A stretch of DNA of 64,000 nucleotides, from the NCBI RefSeq assembly GCF_006345805.1, contig NC_043000.1, forward strand, positions 74,772,001-74,836,000, in the 5' to 3' direction. Under the pieces are notes generated by a model that was given only the letters and a program-made list of their open reading frames with translations, was not told the DNA's origin and did no database searches. The translations under genes and the position numbers were made by a program. The DNA comes from Octopus sinensis. Lineage: Eukaryota. Numbering within the stretch: the first letter of the stretch is position 1; each line of letters opens with the position of its first letter. This document shows, one piece after another, positions 25,710 through 38,939 of this stretch.

Positions 25710-26765
25710 TTAACGTCCGCTTTCCATGCTAGCATGGGTTGGACGGTTCAACTGGGGTCTGGGGAGCCCGAAAGCTGCACCAGTCCAGTCAGATCTGGCA
25801 GTGTTTCTACAGCTGGATGCCCTTCCTAACGCCAACCACTCCGAGAGTGTAGTGGGTGATTTATGTGCCACCGACACAGGTGCCAGACGAGGCTGACAAA
25901 CGGCCACGCTCGATTGTTTTTTATGTGCCACCGACACAGGTGCCAGACGAGGCTGGCAGACGGCCACGCTCGGATGGTGTTTTTATGTGCCACCGACACA
26001 GGTGCCAGACGAGGCTGGCAGACGGCCACGCTCGGATGGTGTTTTTATGTGCCACCGACACAGGTGCCAGACGAGGCTGGCAGACGGCCACGCTCGGATG
26101 GTGTTTTTATGTGCCACCGACACAGGTGCCAGATGAGGCTGGCAAACGGCCACGATCGGATGGTGCTTGTTACGTGCCCACAGCACGGAGGCCAGTCGAT
26201 GCGGTACTGGCTACGGCCACGTTCGGATGGTTTTCTTATGTGCCACGTGTCACCGGCACTGGTACCACAAGATACAAATTCCATTGATGTTCATCTATTT
26301 TGATTTGTTTTGATTTGATTTTCACTTGCCTCAGCAGGTCTTCACAAGTGTCACAAGAAGGAAGGTATGCACAGGTGGACTGACTACGTCCCAGGTAGGG
26401 GCCATGGGTTATGGCCTGACTAGTCTTGCCGGGTCTTCGGATGGTGTTTTTATGTGCCACCGACACAGGTGCTAGATGAGGCTGGCGAACGGCCACGATC
26501 GGATGTGGTGTTTGTCATGTGCCCACCGCACTGACTACGGCACTGATGGATTTCTTGGGTGCCACAGGCACTGGTACCACAAGATACAAATTCCATTGAT
26601 GTTCATCTATTTTGTCTATTTTGATTTGATTTTCACTTGCCTCAACCGGTCTTCACAAGTGTCACAAGAAGGAAGGAAGGTATGCACAGGTGGACTGACT
26701 AGTCTTGCCGGGTCTTCGGAAGGTGTTTTTATGTGCCACCGACACAGGTGCCAGATGAGGCTGGA
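25680..26765 (-). mobile_element. RTE 3' UTR with amplified internal repeats
   Basis: (CAT)n tail at 25680-25709 and the family 3' motif. Blocks at ~26255-26385 and ~26565-26700 are duplicated. Confidence 0.75.
25861..26165. repeat. ~62-bp tandem minisatellite, 5 copies plus dispersed units at ~26450 and ~26729
   Basis: Unit starts ttatgtgccaccgacacagg at 25861, 25921, 25983, 26045 and 26107. Confidence 0.92.
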
Positions 26766-26790
26766 TATATATATATATATATATATTTAC

Positions 26791-27119
26791 ATGGTTAGAG
26801 CGTCGAGCTTACGATCGTGAGGTTGTGAGCTCGAATCCCGGACCGGGCTGCGTGTTGTGTTCTTGAGCAAGGCACTTTATTTCACGTTGCTCCAGTTCAC
26901 TCAGCTGTAGAAATGTGTTGCGACGTCACTGGTGCCAAGCTGTATCGACCTTTGTCCTTCCCTTGGATAACACTGGTGGCGTGGAGAGAGGAGGCTGGTA
27001 TGCATGGGCGACTGCTGGTCTTCCATAAACAACCTTGCCCGGACTTGTGTCTAGGAGGGTAACTTTCTAGGTGCAATCCCATGGTCATTCATGACCGAAG
27101 GGGGTCTTTACCCTTTACG
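26791..27119 (+). mobile_element. SINE family B
   Basis: Near-identical to 25345-25663. Confidence 0.88.
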
Positions 27120-27518
27120 TATATATATTTGTATATATATATATATATATATATGTAATACATTTTTGTATATATTCAGTGCTTTTGTATACATTTGATG
27201 CTTTCTTCCAAGGAATCTAATGCGCTTAGCTTAGTTTTTCCTTGGGGCTGGCCAGATTCGAGCAATCTGAAGATTAATCAGCTGAAATTGCGAGGATGTT
27301 CTGGTTCTTGACTGAGGATAGAAAGCTTCGAATGACCCGTCCTTGTTTTTTTATGTCGTCTATTTGGATGTTTTTTTGTCCCTTTTTGTATCATCCAGTT
27401 GTGTGGGGTTTTTACGTTCTTGTCCAATTTTGTACTTTATATATATATATATATAGATGGATATATATATTATATATGCGGACATTAAACGATGATGATG
27501 ATGATATATAAATATATA

Positions 27519-27594
<76 letters not shown>

Positions 27595-27634
27595 TGTATA
27601 TATATATATATAACATATATATATATGTATATTT

Positions 27635-30600
27635 TTTTTATCTAGTTTCAGCTCACGAGCTGTGGCCATGCTGGGGCACAGCCATTCGGTGTTGCTACAT
27701 GATTTTACTTCACGAATGCTTCTTAGCAATTGACATTTGGTGTATGAGAGAGTTTGATGCAGCTGCCCTCATCTGCACCTCCTGCCGTGAAGTTTGTTCA
27801 TCTGGGACACCTGACAGGAAGAGATCCAGTTTTATTTTAAAAACATCTGCATCCACCTCATGCAGGTCTCTCAGGTACTTCAGGAGGATATTGAAGAGCT
27901 GTGGACCTCTGAAGCCCAGGCTATCACAGTATCTTGTCCTACATCTTGATGGCAAATTTGGAGTCCTTGGCACTATGCGGTGGCGCCCAGTTCTAGTATT
28001 TGTGTAACTCTCGATGCCAAAGTTAGGGACAAGTCCTTCCAGGATCTTCCAGATGTATATTATGGCATATCTTTCTCGCCTACGCTCTAAGGAATAGAGT
28101 CTTAATCTCTTGAGTCTTTCCCAGTAGCTTATATGCTGCACAGAGGCTATCTTCTTCGTATAGCTTTGTTGGATTGACACTGGTTGGTGACCATAGCTGA
28201 GAGCAATAGTCAAAGTGGCTGACGACAAGTGACCTCCAGAGGGCCATCATGGTTTCCTGGTCTCTTGTTCTAAAAGCTCTAAGAATCCATCCGATCAGCC
28301 GCCTACATTTCATTGCCAATTTAGCAACATGCACATGAAAGTTTGCATCATTACTCATGTAAATACCCAGGTCTCGCACTCATTGTGCCTCTGAGATTGC
28401 AATCCCTCTAGGTCCAGTATATTCATTGGGTATTGCATTTAGTTTTTGCATGCTGATAGCATAAAGCTTGAAACTTTTCAGCATTGAACTGCATGCTATT
28501 CTTTTCAGCCCACTTGTATATTTTGTCCAGGTCACATTGCAAGTGCATAGTGTCTTCAGGGTTCTGTATTACCTGTGAAACTTTTGTATCATCTGCATAA
28601 CTTGTGATCGTGACTCTCTGCGTGGCTGGGAGCATGTCCAAGAGGGCCATTATGAACGGTAGTGGTCCCAAAACAGTGCCTTGCGGAACACCGCTCACTA
28701 TTTGCTTGTTATTGGAGGTGGCCTCATTGGCTACTACCACCTCACTTCTATCTTTCAGAAAGTCATGAAGCCGCTCTCCCAATTTTCCAACTATGCCAAG
28801 ATCACGCAGTTTGTGACATATCATTCCATGATTGAATTTATCAAAGTCGAGATATATCACTTTCACATTTGAGTGGTTGAGCAGTTGTTTCAGCACCCAG
28901 TCATAGCGTTGTAGGAGCTGATTTAGGCAGCTTCTTCCTGGTCGGAAACCTTGTTCGGTGTCAGGCAAGTTATTTTCTTCAAGGAAGGCAATTAGCTTCC
29001 TTCTGGCTATTCGTTCTATGACCTTGCTGATGTGTGAGGTCAGAGAGATACGTCTGTAGTTCTTGGCCTCCGCTCTGCTACCTCCTTTATGAATAGGGCA
29101 TATTTTACCCTCTTTCAGTTTTCTTGGAAGTTTGCCAGTTGCAAGGAAGCTCTGAAAGAAGAACTGCAGTGGTCTTGCTAGGACTCTCTTACATACTTTT
29201 AGAAGGATTGCTGGGAATCCATCGGGGCCAGTAGCTGAGTTTGGGTTCATTTCATCTGTAGCCCTTATTGCATCGTCTTCCTTTATATTGATGTAATCAA
29301 TTATCGTTGCCTCTGATTTTATATCTGCAGTGGTAAAGAAGTCAGTTGGATTGCTGACTTGAAAATGCGCTAGGGGTGGAGTGAAAATACTTTTGAATTG
29401 TTCATTTAGTATTTCACTTATCCTCATTGGATTTCCTGTGAGTGTACCATCATTTTCAAGGATTGGCCCTATCCTACATTGCACCGTAGTTATTTCTTTG
29501 GCAAACTTGTAAAAAGCTCTGGGGTTAGATTTTATGTTGTCTATAGCCCAGGCTTCTTTGTCTGCTCTTTCTTTTTCATGGGAGAGTTGCAGACATTTTT
29601 CAATTTCCAACAGTTTTATTTTCAGGCGGGACTTTTCACTGCTTTCAATTTGTTTGTTTAGGCAATTTGAAACTTTTGTACGCCGTCTCATTAGAATTTT
29701 CCTCTCTCTGGGGATTTTGTTCTTGTGTACAGAGGCCTTTCTCTCTGGGACATATTTGTAGCATATGGCTTGCATTACAGACATGAATTGTTGAAGTTTC
29801 ATGTCGATGTCTGGTGAGGAGAGACATTTAGGCCAGTTCTGTTTGAGGATCTCTTTCTCAATTTGTTTCCAGTTTGCCTTATGGAAGTTCAAGCTGGAAA
29901 GATTCTGAGAGTTTCTTGTAGACTGCATATCCATGCTTTCCTTTGGCCCGTATATGGTCAACTCTATCATGTTGTTATCCGAGAGTAGTGTCAGTGTCAC
30001 TTTCACATTATGGATGAGATCCATATTATTTGTGAAGCAGAGATCCAGTATGTTAGCTGCCCTGGTTGGTTGGAGTATTATTTGCTCCATGTACAGTGTT
30101 GATGAGGTTCAGGAGGGACCTCACCTGTCCTCATTCGCATTGTCTCATTCCTGGGAGAGAAAGGCCTTCGGGCCATCTGACATTGGGCAGATTGAAGTCT
30201 CCCATAAAAAGTATACTTATGTGTTGTTCTAATGTGACTAGAATTTCTTCTATTTTTATAAGGCAGTCTTCAAACTTGCCTATATGACTTGGAGCATCTG
30301 CAGGGCGATATGTAGCACATATAACTACACCGAGTTGCCTTATATGTACACCGAATTTGAGTATGACAAAAGGACCTGGGTGTAAGGTCTTCGCGGATGT
30401 ACATAGCAACTCCACCATGACTCCTTTCTTTTCTGCCAGTCCGTAATACAACATACTGTGGTATGTGTATTTCCGGATCTGCTATATCCGGTTTCAGGTG
30501 TGTTTCCCTAAGTGCTATGCATAAGGCTTGATTGTATGCAACAAGGTCTCTCAAGAAAGGGATTTTTGTCCTGTTACTGAGTGTTAGCAGTCCTCTGATG

Positions 30601-32778
30601 TTCAGTAGGAGCATCGAGGTGATGTGTGTGTTGTTGCCAGTGGTGTCCACCTTGGTTCTATTTGCTGTGCTGGTCTTGTGTATTGTGGATAGTCCCATCT
30701 GTGAGCTTGAGTTTGATGGAGCCAGGTTTGCTGCTGTATAATATTCTGTGCCATGCACAAAAAAGATTGTTGTTCAGCAGCTGCCCTTTCAATAACATGT
30801 TGATGGTTTGTAACATGCACTACATCTGCGTACCTCTGTTTTGGGGCAGGTGGTGCGTAGTCCTTTCCTTTTCCTTTTGGCAGTAGGTTTCCACCCTGTT
30901 TCATGTTTATATGGCAGGGTCTTTGGTGTGCAAAGCGGCAGCCTGCACCTTCCTCTCCATGCCAGCAAACACCTTTCAGCTAGAATTTACACATTCGTGT
31001 GTGCTGTCTCTTTTTATCCTTTTTGGTATATGGATAGTCAGGTTTGCTTCTTTCCTTGGCTGTTTCATCTTTTGGTTTTGTTTGAGATTTAGTTTTTCCT
31101 TCTTTTACTTCTTTTTTGGCTCTTTCATCTCCGTGGTTTTGCCTTTTGATGCTGATAGGGGCACTTGCACTTGGGTTTACTTCCCGGGCAGGTTTTTCAC
31201 TTGAATCTTCTTTGTTGTCCTGGGTGTCTACCAAGTGGGGGTTACATCTTTCATCTGCATCCGTGCCTCCCTCCTTGTCATCTTTGCTTTGTTCGTTGTC
31301 AAAGATGACATCAAGAGTCTTGATATGGGATCTTATGAGTGCATAGGAGCGTATAAACTCCTGCTTCTTTCGCCCTATCTGTGCTAACGTCCTTGTGTAA
31401 CCATTGCTATTCAGCGCTGCTGTAATTATGTTGTTCAGATCATCTCCATCAGCTCAGTACCAGGCTCTCAAAAACAATGCCAATTCCATGCTCCTCCAGG
31501 TTCTGGACATTTTTTTGGATATTTTATTTATGTATTTATCTAATTATATTTCAAATTTAACAGTATGATAGAGGGTAGAGAAGAAATAGAGAAAGAAAGT
31601 GTCTATGTATTTAGAGAGATTGAACGGTTGAGAGAAGATAAGAAGAGAGTAAGAGAGAGTGAGAGGAGAATGTTCGCGTCTATATATTTAGGAAGATTGA
31701 GAGGCTGAGAGAGGAAAGATGGTTTGACAGAGAGATGTGAAGAGACAGAGAAAGAGGCGTGATGTAGAGAAGTGAAGAGACAGAGAGAGAAAGAAATGAA
31801 AGAGAGGAGGTTATGCAAAAGATTGAGCGGTTGACAGAAGATAAGAAGAAAGTGAGAAGAGAATGTTCACGTTTATATATTTAGGAAGATTGAGAGGCTA
31901 AGAGAAGAAAGATGGTGTGATAGAGAGAAGTGAAGAGACAGAGAGAAAAGAAAGTTATGCAAATGATTCTACTTGGATAGTAGAATATATAAGTGAAGTA
32001 ACAAATAAATATATATCTATCTGCAACTACGAAAGTTCTCTTCTAAACTAATTATAAATATATATCTATCTGTAACTACGAAAGTTTTCTTTTAAACTAA
32101 TTACGACTATATTTCTAATGTTTGCATCTATATATTTAAGAAGATTGAGTGGCTGAGAGGAGAAAGATGGTGTGACAGAGAGAGAAAGTAATGAAAGAGA
32201 AGTTATGCAAAAGATTCTACTTGGATAGTACAATATATAAAAAAAAGTAATAAAGAAGTAAATATATATATATAAATAAAGTAATAAATAAATAAATACC
32301 TATCTGTAACTACGAAGCTTCTCTATTTACGATTATATTTCTAAATAATTTTTACAATTATATTTCTAAATATAATATTTTTTAATATATTTTAAATGAA
32401 ACAATCTTTTAACATTTTTAAATGAAACAATTTTAAACAAATGAAAAGGATTTTTGAATAATATTAAAGAGATATTGTGAGAAAATGATAAAAGCAAACT
32501 GGGCGCTGCAACAGAAATTGAAAGATTATTCACAGAATGTAAGCAGAGATGAGGTCCTAACTCAGACATTACATTGAATTACAGGAAATTAAACAAGTGA
32601 AAAGAGTACTTATCCTCGCAAAAGGCAAAAATTCCAAATCCGTGTCCCTATATGAAGAATTTTTCTTTCAAAAAACAAAGAAAACAAATTTTTTTCCTTC
32701 TTACAGTTGACTGGAAATAAACTTAGGAATTGCCACCACGTGCTTTTTCGACAGAGAATGTTGCGTGCGTAACTAACT
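27635..32778 (-). mobile_element. Apparently full-length CR1-clade LINE (5' UTR with tandem repeats, ORF1, ORF2), inactivated
   Basis: ORF2 pieces: LLNIRGL..ETHL, MGDFNLP, LDLCFTN, QGFRPGRSCL, GVPQGTVLGP, YADDTK, RDLG, YWERLK.L.LYSLERRRER, FKIKLD. ORF1 ~30602-31510. Putative 5' end AGTTAGTTACGCACGC near 32778. Confidence 0.85.
31590..32330. repeat. Degenerate GA-rich tandem repeats in the putative CR1 5' UTR
   Basis: atatatttaggaagattgagaggct recurs at ~31682, ~31875 and ~32130. tatctgtaactacgaa recurs about three times. Confidence 0.7.
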
Positions 32779-33069
32779 TTAATGTATTATATTTGGCTTG
32801 AAGCAAAATATATTACAGTTTTTAACTAATATATCCTAGTAGACCGCTATGAGATAACAAGTTCTACGTTTTTTATCAGTTTTAGCAGATAATTTCGTTG
32901 ATTTATGCCAACCTTTTTGTTTTTGTCACAGAGCGAAAGCAAACACGTCCTTCCTCTACGAAACCGGAAGTATATATACATTTGTTCCACGTCCTCGCAT
33001 TGTTGTGTTTTTTCTGTGCTTTCTTGTTTAGATTAACTATATATATATATATATATATATACCAATGAA

Positions 33070-36000
33070 GCTCTATGCATGGCACTCGTAGAAACAAATG
33101 TTTGACCTGAAATAGGGGATGCAGAAAGAAACATACCGCAATATGTTGTCATACGCTTAGATAGAAAAGAGAGGAGTCATGGTGGAGTTGCAGTGTACAT
33201 CCGAGATAGCCTCGTGCCCCAGGTCCTGTTGTCATATTCAAACTCAGTGTGTGACACTCAAATTGTACACATAAGATAACTAAATATCATCATGTGTATA
33301 CATATCAACCGCCGGATGCCCCGGATCACACAGGCATGTTTGAAGACTGCCTTAAAAAAATAGAAGTTCTCACCAAACTGGAACAACACAGTGTATTCTT
33401 CATGAGTGGCTTTAACTTCTCCAATGTGGAATGGCCTGGGGGGCAGATACTCCCAGGGATGACACACCATCAAGCACAGGCAGAGTCCCTGCTCCAACTC
33501 ACAAATAGTTCTTTCATGAGCAAATTGTGCTGCAACCAACCAGGGCAAATAATATACTGGATCTCTACTTCACAAATAGTATGGACAATGTTATAGTGAT
33601 GCTGACATTGGTCTTGGATCACAGCATAATAGAGCTGTCTATGTATGGACCAAAAGCCGCCGCAGACGCACAGCTTATATGAAGCATCGACAAACTCTCC
33701 AGACTAAACTTTCGTAAAGCAAATTAGAAGTTGATTGAGAAAAGATCCTCAAACAGGATTGGCCTCAATGTCTTTCCACACCGGACATTGACGTTATGGA
33801 TGTTTCATGTCCATAATACAAGCCATATGTGACAAATATGTCCCAGTGTGCAGGGCCAGTACATACAAAAACAGGATCCCTAGGGATAGGAAGATTCTTA
33901 TGAAACAATGGACAAGGATTGCGAACCACCTGAGCAAGCACACAAAAAGTGGTGAGAAGTCTCACCTCAAGAGAATGCTAATGGAAATTGAGAAAATTCT
34001 ACATCAGTCTCATGAAAAGGAGAGAGCTAAGAAAGAAGTTTGGGTTATAGAAAATATCAAGTGAAACCCTAAAGCCTTCTTTAAGTTAGCCAAGGAGATG
34101 GCCGCAGTGCACCAGAGGATAGGACCTCTCTTCGAAAATGATGATTCCCTCACAGGAAATCCCATGAGTATAAGCGAAATACTGAATGAACAGTTCCAAA
34201 GTGTGTTCACTACACCTCTAGGACGCAGGCAGAAGAATTCTTTGCCACTTTACCTGTAGCCAAAGAAGCAAAAATTGAGTACATCAACATTGAAGATGAT
34301 GATGTCACATTGGCCATATATGAGATTGACACAAACTCAGCTGCTGGATCTGATGGATTTCCAGCGATCCTTCTCAAATTGTGTAACGGAGCCCTTGCAA
34401 AACTGCTATAGCTTCTTTTTCAGAGCTTTCTTGCAAGTGGTAAGCTCCCAGTCAGATTGAAAGAAGGGATAATATGCCCTATCCATAAGGGAAGAAGCAG
34501 AGCAGATGCTAATAATTATAGGCCTATCTCTCTGACCTGACACATCAGCAAAGTCATGGAACGAATAGTCTGCAAAAAATTAATCATGTTCCTTGAAGAA
34601 AATGACATGCTGACTGACACCCAGCATGGATTTCGACCAGGTAGAAGCTGTCTAACACAGCTCCTGCAACACTATGAGTGGGTGTTAAAACAGCTATTAA
34701 ATGGCTCAAATGTGGATAAAGATCATACCATGGTTGACTTTATCAAAGTCGACCATGGTATGATCTGTCACAAACTGCGTGATCTTGGCATAGGCGGAAA
34801 ACTTGGAGAGTGGCTGCACAACTTCCTAAAAGTTAGAAGGCAGGCAGTTGTGGCCAATGGAGCCACCTCTAAGGAAACACAAATAACAAGTGGTGTTCCA
34901 CAGGGCACTGTCTTGGGGTCACTGCTGTTCATAGTGGTCCTTTCAGACATGCCCTCAGTTGCTATGATGGCCACTCTTGCTAGCTATGCAGATGACACAA
35001 AAGTCTCTCATACAATACAAAACCCCGGAAATATTGTACATCTGCAACAGTAGTTGGATACAGTATACAGGTGGGCTGAGGACAACAACATGGAGTTTAA
35101 TGCAGGAAAGTTCCAAGCCCTGCACTACACACACACAAAGCCGAACGACATGCAGAAGGGATACACTGACTCTGGAAGAATTGCAATTCCTGAGTCAAAA
35201 TCAGTGTGTGACCTGGGCATTGACATGAGCAGTGATGCATCTTTTCAAGTGCATATTGCCAATTTGGTAATAAAATGCAGACATAGGCGCAGGAGTGGCT
35301 GTTTGGTAAGTAGCTTGTTTACCAGCCACATGGTTCCGGGTTCAGTCCCACTGTGTGGCACCTTGGGCAAGTGTCTTCTACTATAGCCTCGGGCTGACCA
35401 AAGTCTTGTGAGTGGATTTGGTAGACGGAAACTGAAAGAAGCCCGTCGTATATATGTATATATATATGCGTGTGTGTCTGTATTTGTCCCCCTAGCATTG
35501 CTTGACAACTGATGCTGGTGTGTTTATGACCCCGTTACTTAGCGGTTCGGCAAAATAGACCGATAAAATAAGTACTGGGCTTACAAAAGAATAAGTCCCG
35601 GGGTCAAGTTGCTCGATTAAAGGCGGTGCTCCAGCATGGCTGCAGTCAAATGACTGAAACAAGTAAAAGAGAGAGCTAGCTGGATGGATCCTCCGAACTT
35701 TCAGAACAAGAGAGGAGACACTGATAGTCCTTTGGAAGACATTCGTCCTCAGCCGCTTGGACTACTGCTCCCAACTATAGTCACCATACAATATAAAGTT
35801 AACAGCAAAACGCGAAGCAATCCAACTAAGCTACACTTAGAAGATTGTCTCAATGCAACATGTCTCCTACTGGGAAAGACTGAAAGTATTTAAACTCTTT
35901 TCCCTGGAGCGAAGGCGGGAGAGATATACAGTGATATACATATGGAAAATCCTGGAGGGCCTTGTCCCAAATTTTGGCATTGTAAGTTACCTCACTGCAT

Positions 36001-36335
36001 GATGCCAAAGATTCCAACATCACCATCAAAATACAGGATGAGATACTGCAACAGCTTTGGTTTCAGGGTACCATGGCTCTTCAATATCTTTCCTAAATGC
36101 CTGAGAGACGCACATGGTGTGGATGTTGGTTTCTTTAAAACTAAACTTGATCTTTTCTTGTCAGGGGTTCCAGATGAACCTACCTCTCGGCAGGAAATAC
36201 AGATGTGGGTAGCGGTGTCGAACTCCTTTGTTAACCTAGTCCACATATCAGTGGTGTTTTCTCATAGTAGTGTAGCACAGTCAACAGTGGTGCCACAGCA
36301 TGACTTCAGCTTTCAGGCTGACACATTTTTAAGGA
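33070..36335 (+). mobile_element. CR1-clade LINE ORF2, 5'-truncated and degenerate, interrupted by a SINE
   Basis: HGGVAVYIR, QHGFRPGRSCLTQLL, GVPQGTVLG, YADDTK, FFKTKLDLFL, and a 3' tail. Homologous to 27635-30530. Confidence 0.9.
35285..35674 (+). mobile_element. SINE family A nested in a CR1 LINE
   Basis: Full-length copy interrupting KCR|LAGW, which is contiguous in the copy at ~43100. Confidence 0.9.
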
Positions 36336-36499
36336 TATATATATCTTATATATATAAATATATCATATAATTATATACATACATACATACATATATATAT
36401 ATAATATATTTTATACATATATATAATATTTATTATGTATATATATTTTATATATATATGTATAATATATACTTCATATATATATGTGTGTGTATATGT

Positions 36500-37706
36500 A
36501 TAAACTCTATAAGATGTACCCAGTGTAAGCTATGGACACATAAGAGGTGCAGCAATGTCAAAGGAAGGCTAACTGGGAAGATAGTTTTTGTATGTGGCAG
36601 ATGCTCGAGAGCATTAACCTCTGAAAATCTGCAGAAAACAACTTCCGTCACTTTCCAGAGGGAAAGACTAGAAGTTGTTGATAGCTTCCGTTATCTAGGT
36701 GACCAAGTCAGTAGTGGGGGTGGGTGTGCTGAAAGTGTAACTGCTAGAGTAAGAATATCGTAAGCTTGCGAGGAATGAAGCCAGTATCATCCAATGGATG
36801 TGTAATGTCAGTGTGCATACTCGACAGAGGGTTAGTACCCTGAGAGAAATGTTGGACCTAAGAAGCATCAGTTGTGGTGTGCAAGAGAGACGATTGCGCT
36901 GGTATGGTCATGTGACGAGAATGGATGAAGATAGGTATGTGAAAAAGTGCCAATCCCTAGCAGTGGGGGGAACCCGTGGAAGAGGTAGACCCAGGAAAAC
37001 CTGGGACGAGGTGGTGAAGCACGACCTTCGAACTTTGGGTCTCACTGAGGAAATGACCAGCGACCGAGACCTTTGGAAATATGCTGTGCGTGAGAAGACC
37101 AGGCAGGACAAGTGAGTCCAGCCCACTTATGCATGCCTTTCCTCCCTTGGACACACAAAGACCTGTTGAGGCAAGCGAAGTCGATATCGAACCTCATCCG
37201 ACCACAGGCACCTATGCCAACCCCCTTTTGCTTGCGAAGATCTGTTGGGGCAAGTGAAATCGGATTCGAAATTGAACCAATCCTATGACTGGCACCCGGC
37301 AGATGCCAGGACCCCTGGACTGGAGATACGTAAAAAGCACTATCCGAATCATGGCCGATGCCAGCGCCACCTCGACTGGCTTCCGTGTCGGTGGCACGTA
37401 AAAAGCACCATCCGAATCGTGGCCGAAGCCAGTGCCTCGACTGGCTTCCGTGCCGGTGTTACGTAAAATGCACCAATCCGACCGTGGCCAATGGCAGACT
37501 CGCCTGAAACCAGTGCAGGTGGCACGTAAAAAGCACCCACTACACTCACGGAGTGGTTGGCGTTAGGAAGGGCATCCAGCTGTAGAAACATTGCCAGATA
37601 AGACCGGAGCCTGGTGCAGCCTTCTGGCTTCCCAGATCCCCGGTCGAACCGTCCAACCCATGCTAGCATGGAGAACGGACGTTAAACGATGATGACGATG
37701 ATGGTG
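36500..37706 (+). mobile_element. RTE LINE 3' fragment with PHD-like finger
   Basis: NSIRCTQCKLWTHKRCS..FVCGRC, FRYLGD, RLRWYGHV, RGRGRPRKTW, (GAT)n tail. Confidence 0.9.
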
Positions 37707-37890
37707 ATACATAATATATTTTATGTATATATGTATGATATATACTTCATATATATATGTGTGTGTATATGTATATATATTTATACATAATATATTTTAT
37801 ATATATTTGTATAATATATACTTTATATATATATGTGTGTGTATATGTATATATATACATAATATATTTTATGTATATATATATATATAA

Positions 37891-37931
<41 letters not shown>

Positions 37932-38604
37932 GATATATATTTATATAATGCATAATATATTTTATCACATCTATAAAAGGTATGATGTGTGTGTACGTGA
38001 TTGTCATTTATGCACATCCATTAATTAGCATGCATGTCACTCAAGTTTTTGGAGGACATTCATCAACACACCTGGGTTTTGTCAACTTATATTTTTCTCT
38101 GAGGCACCCGCAGAAAGTCTATTTTCAACTATAGCTTTTAGCCATAAAAAATATCAGCCATAGCTTTTTTGATGGCGTCTAACAAAAAACAAAATAAGAT
38201 AAAGGAAAGTGGAAAAAGGAGGCAGAGAGTTTCACGGGAAAGACGAAGTGAGAGAGGGAGATAGAGAGAGTAAGTGATTACATTCATAAAAAATGAAATG
38301 TAAAATGTTTTGTTTTTTTGTTTTTGAAAGTCACTATATTTTATAATCGTAGTATATATACTTTCTCACAACAATTACAATATATTTGTTTTAAATCATT
38401 TATTTATTTTAAATCATTCCTCTTTCTCCCCACTCTCTCTCTCACACACATTACTATGGGTGCAAAAGAATTTTGTTTTTATTTTACGCTGAGTTAAAAA
38501 GTGTTTTGTTGACAATCCATTTATATAACAACAAAGAAACAAAGAAGTGAGTAACAATTTGTCAGTGGGTATGAGTAAGTATCTCATTTATTTCTTTGCC
38601 ACAT

Positions 38605-38659
38605 ATATCACTGACGAAGGGAGGGTTCTTACAAACTAACCCTGAAATCAGTCTGATAT
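38605..38659 (+). ncRNA. Type I hammerhead ribozyme-like motif (Penelope pLTR type)
   Basis: ATATCA-CTGACGA-AGGG...CCCT-GAAA-TCA-GTC-TGATAT: 6-bp stem I, intact core, 4-bp stem II, degenerate stem III. Confidence 0.7.
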
Positions 38660-38822
38660 GGTAATAATGGAATATTTTAGAAATTTCTATCGACCATTTT
38701 TTGAGTAGCATGTGTATTGTGAAAAATTATATGGTTATGGACAGGGTGTCTAATTTGGGCACATTTGGCATTAGAAACTTTTTCGTTTGCCCTTATTTAT
38801 AAGTTGTATATATATATATATC

Positions 38823-38853
<31 letters not shown>

Positions 38854-38939
38854 GTATATAATACATATTATATGTATATATATAATACACATAATATAAG
38901 CTATATATAATATATATTACAAAAAAATAATAAATGCAT

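Noticed and set aside
25861-26165. CRISPR-like regular repeats
   Set aside because: Whole units are near-identical with no unique spacers, the context is eukaryotic, and there are no cas genes.
27260-27340. Hammerhead candidates CTGAAGA..GAAA and CTGAGGA
   Set aside because: No compatible stem I/II/III pairing could be built.
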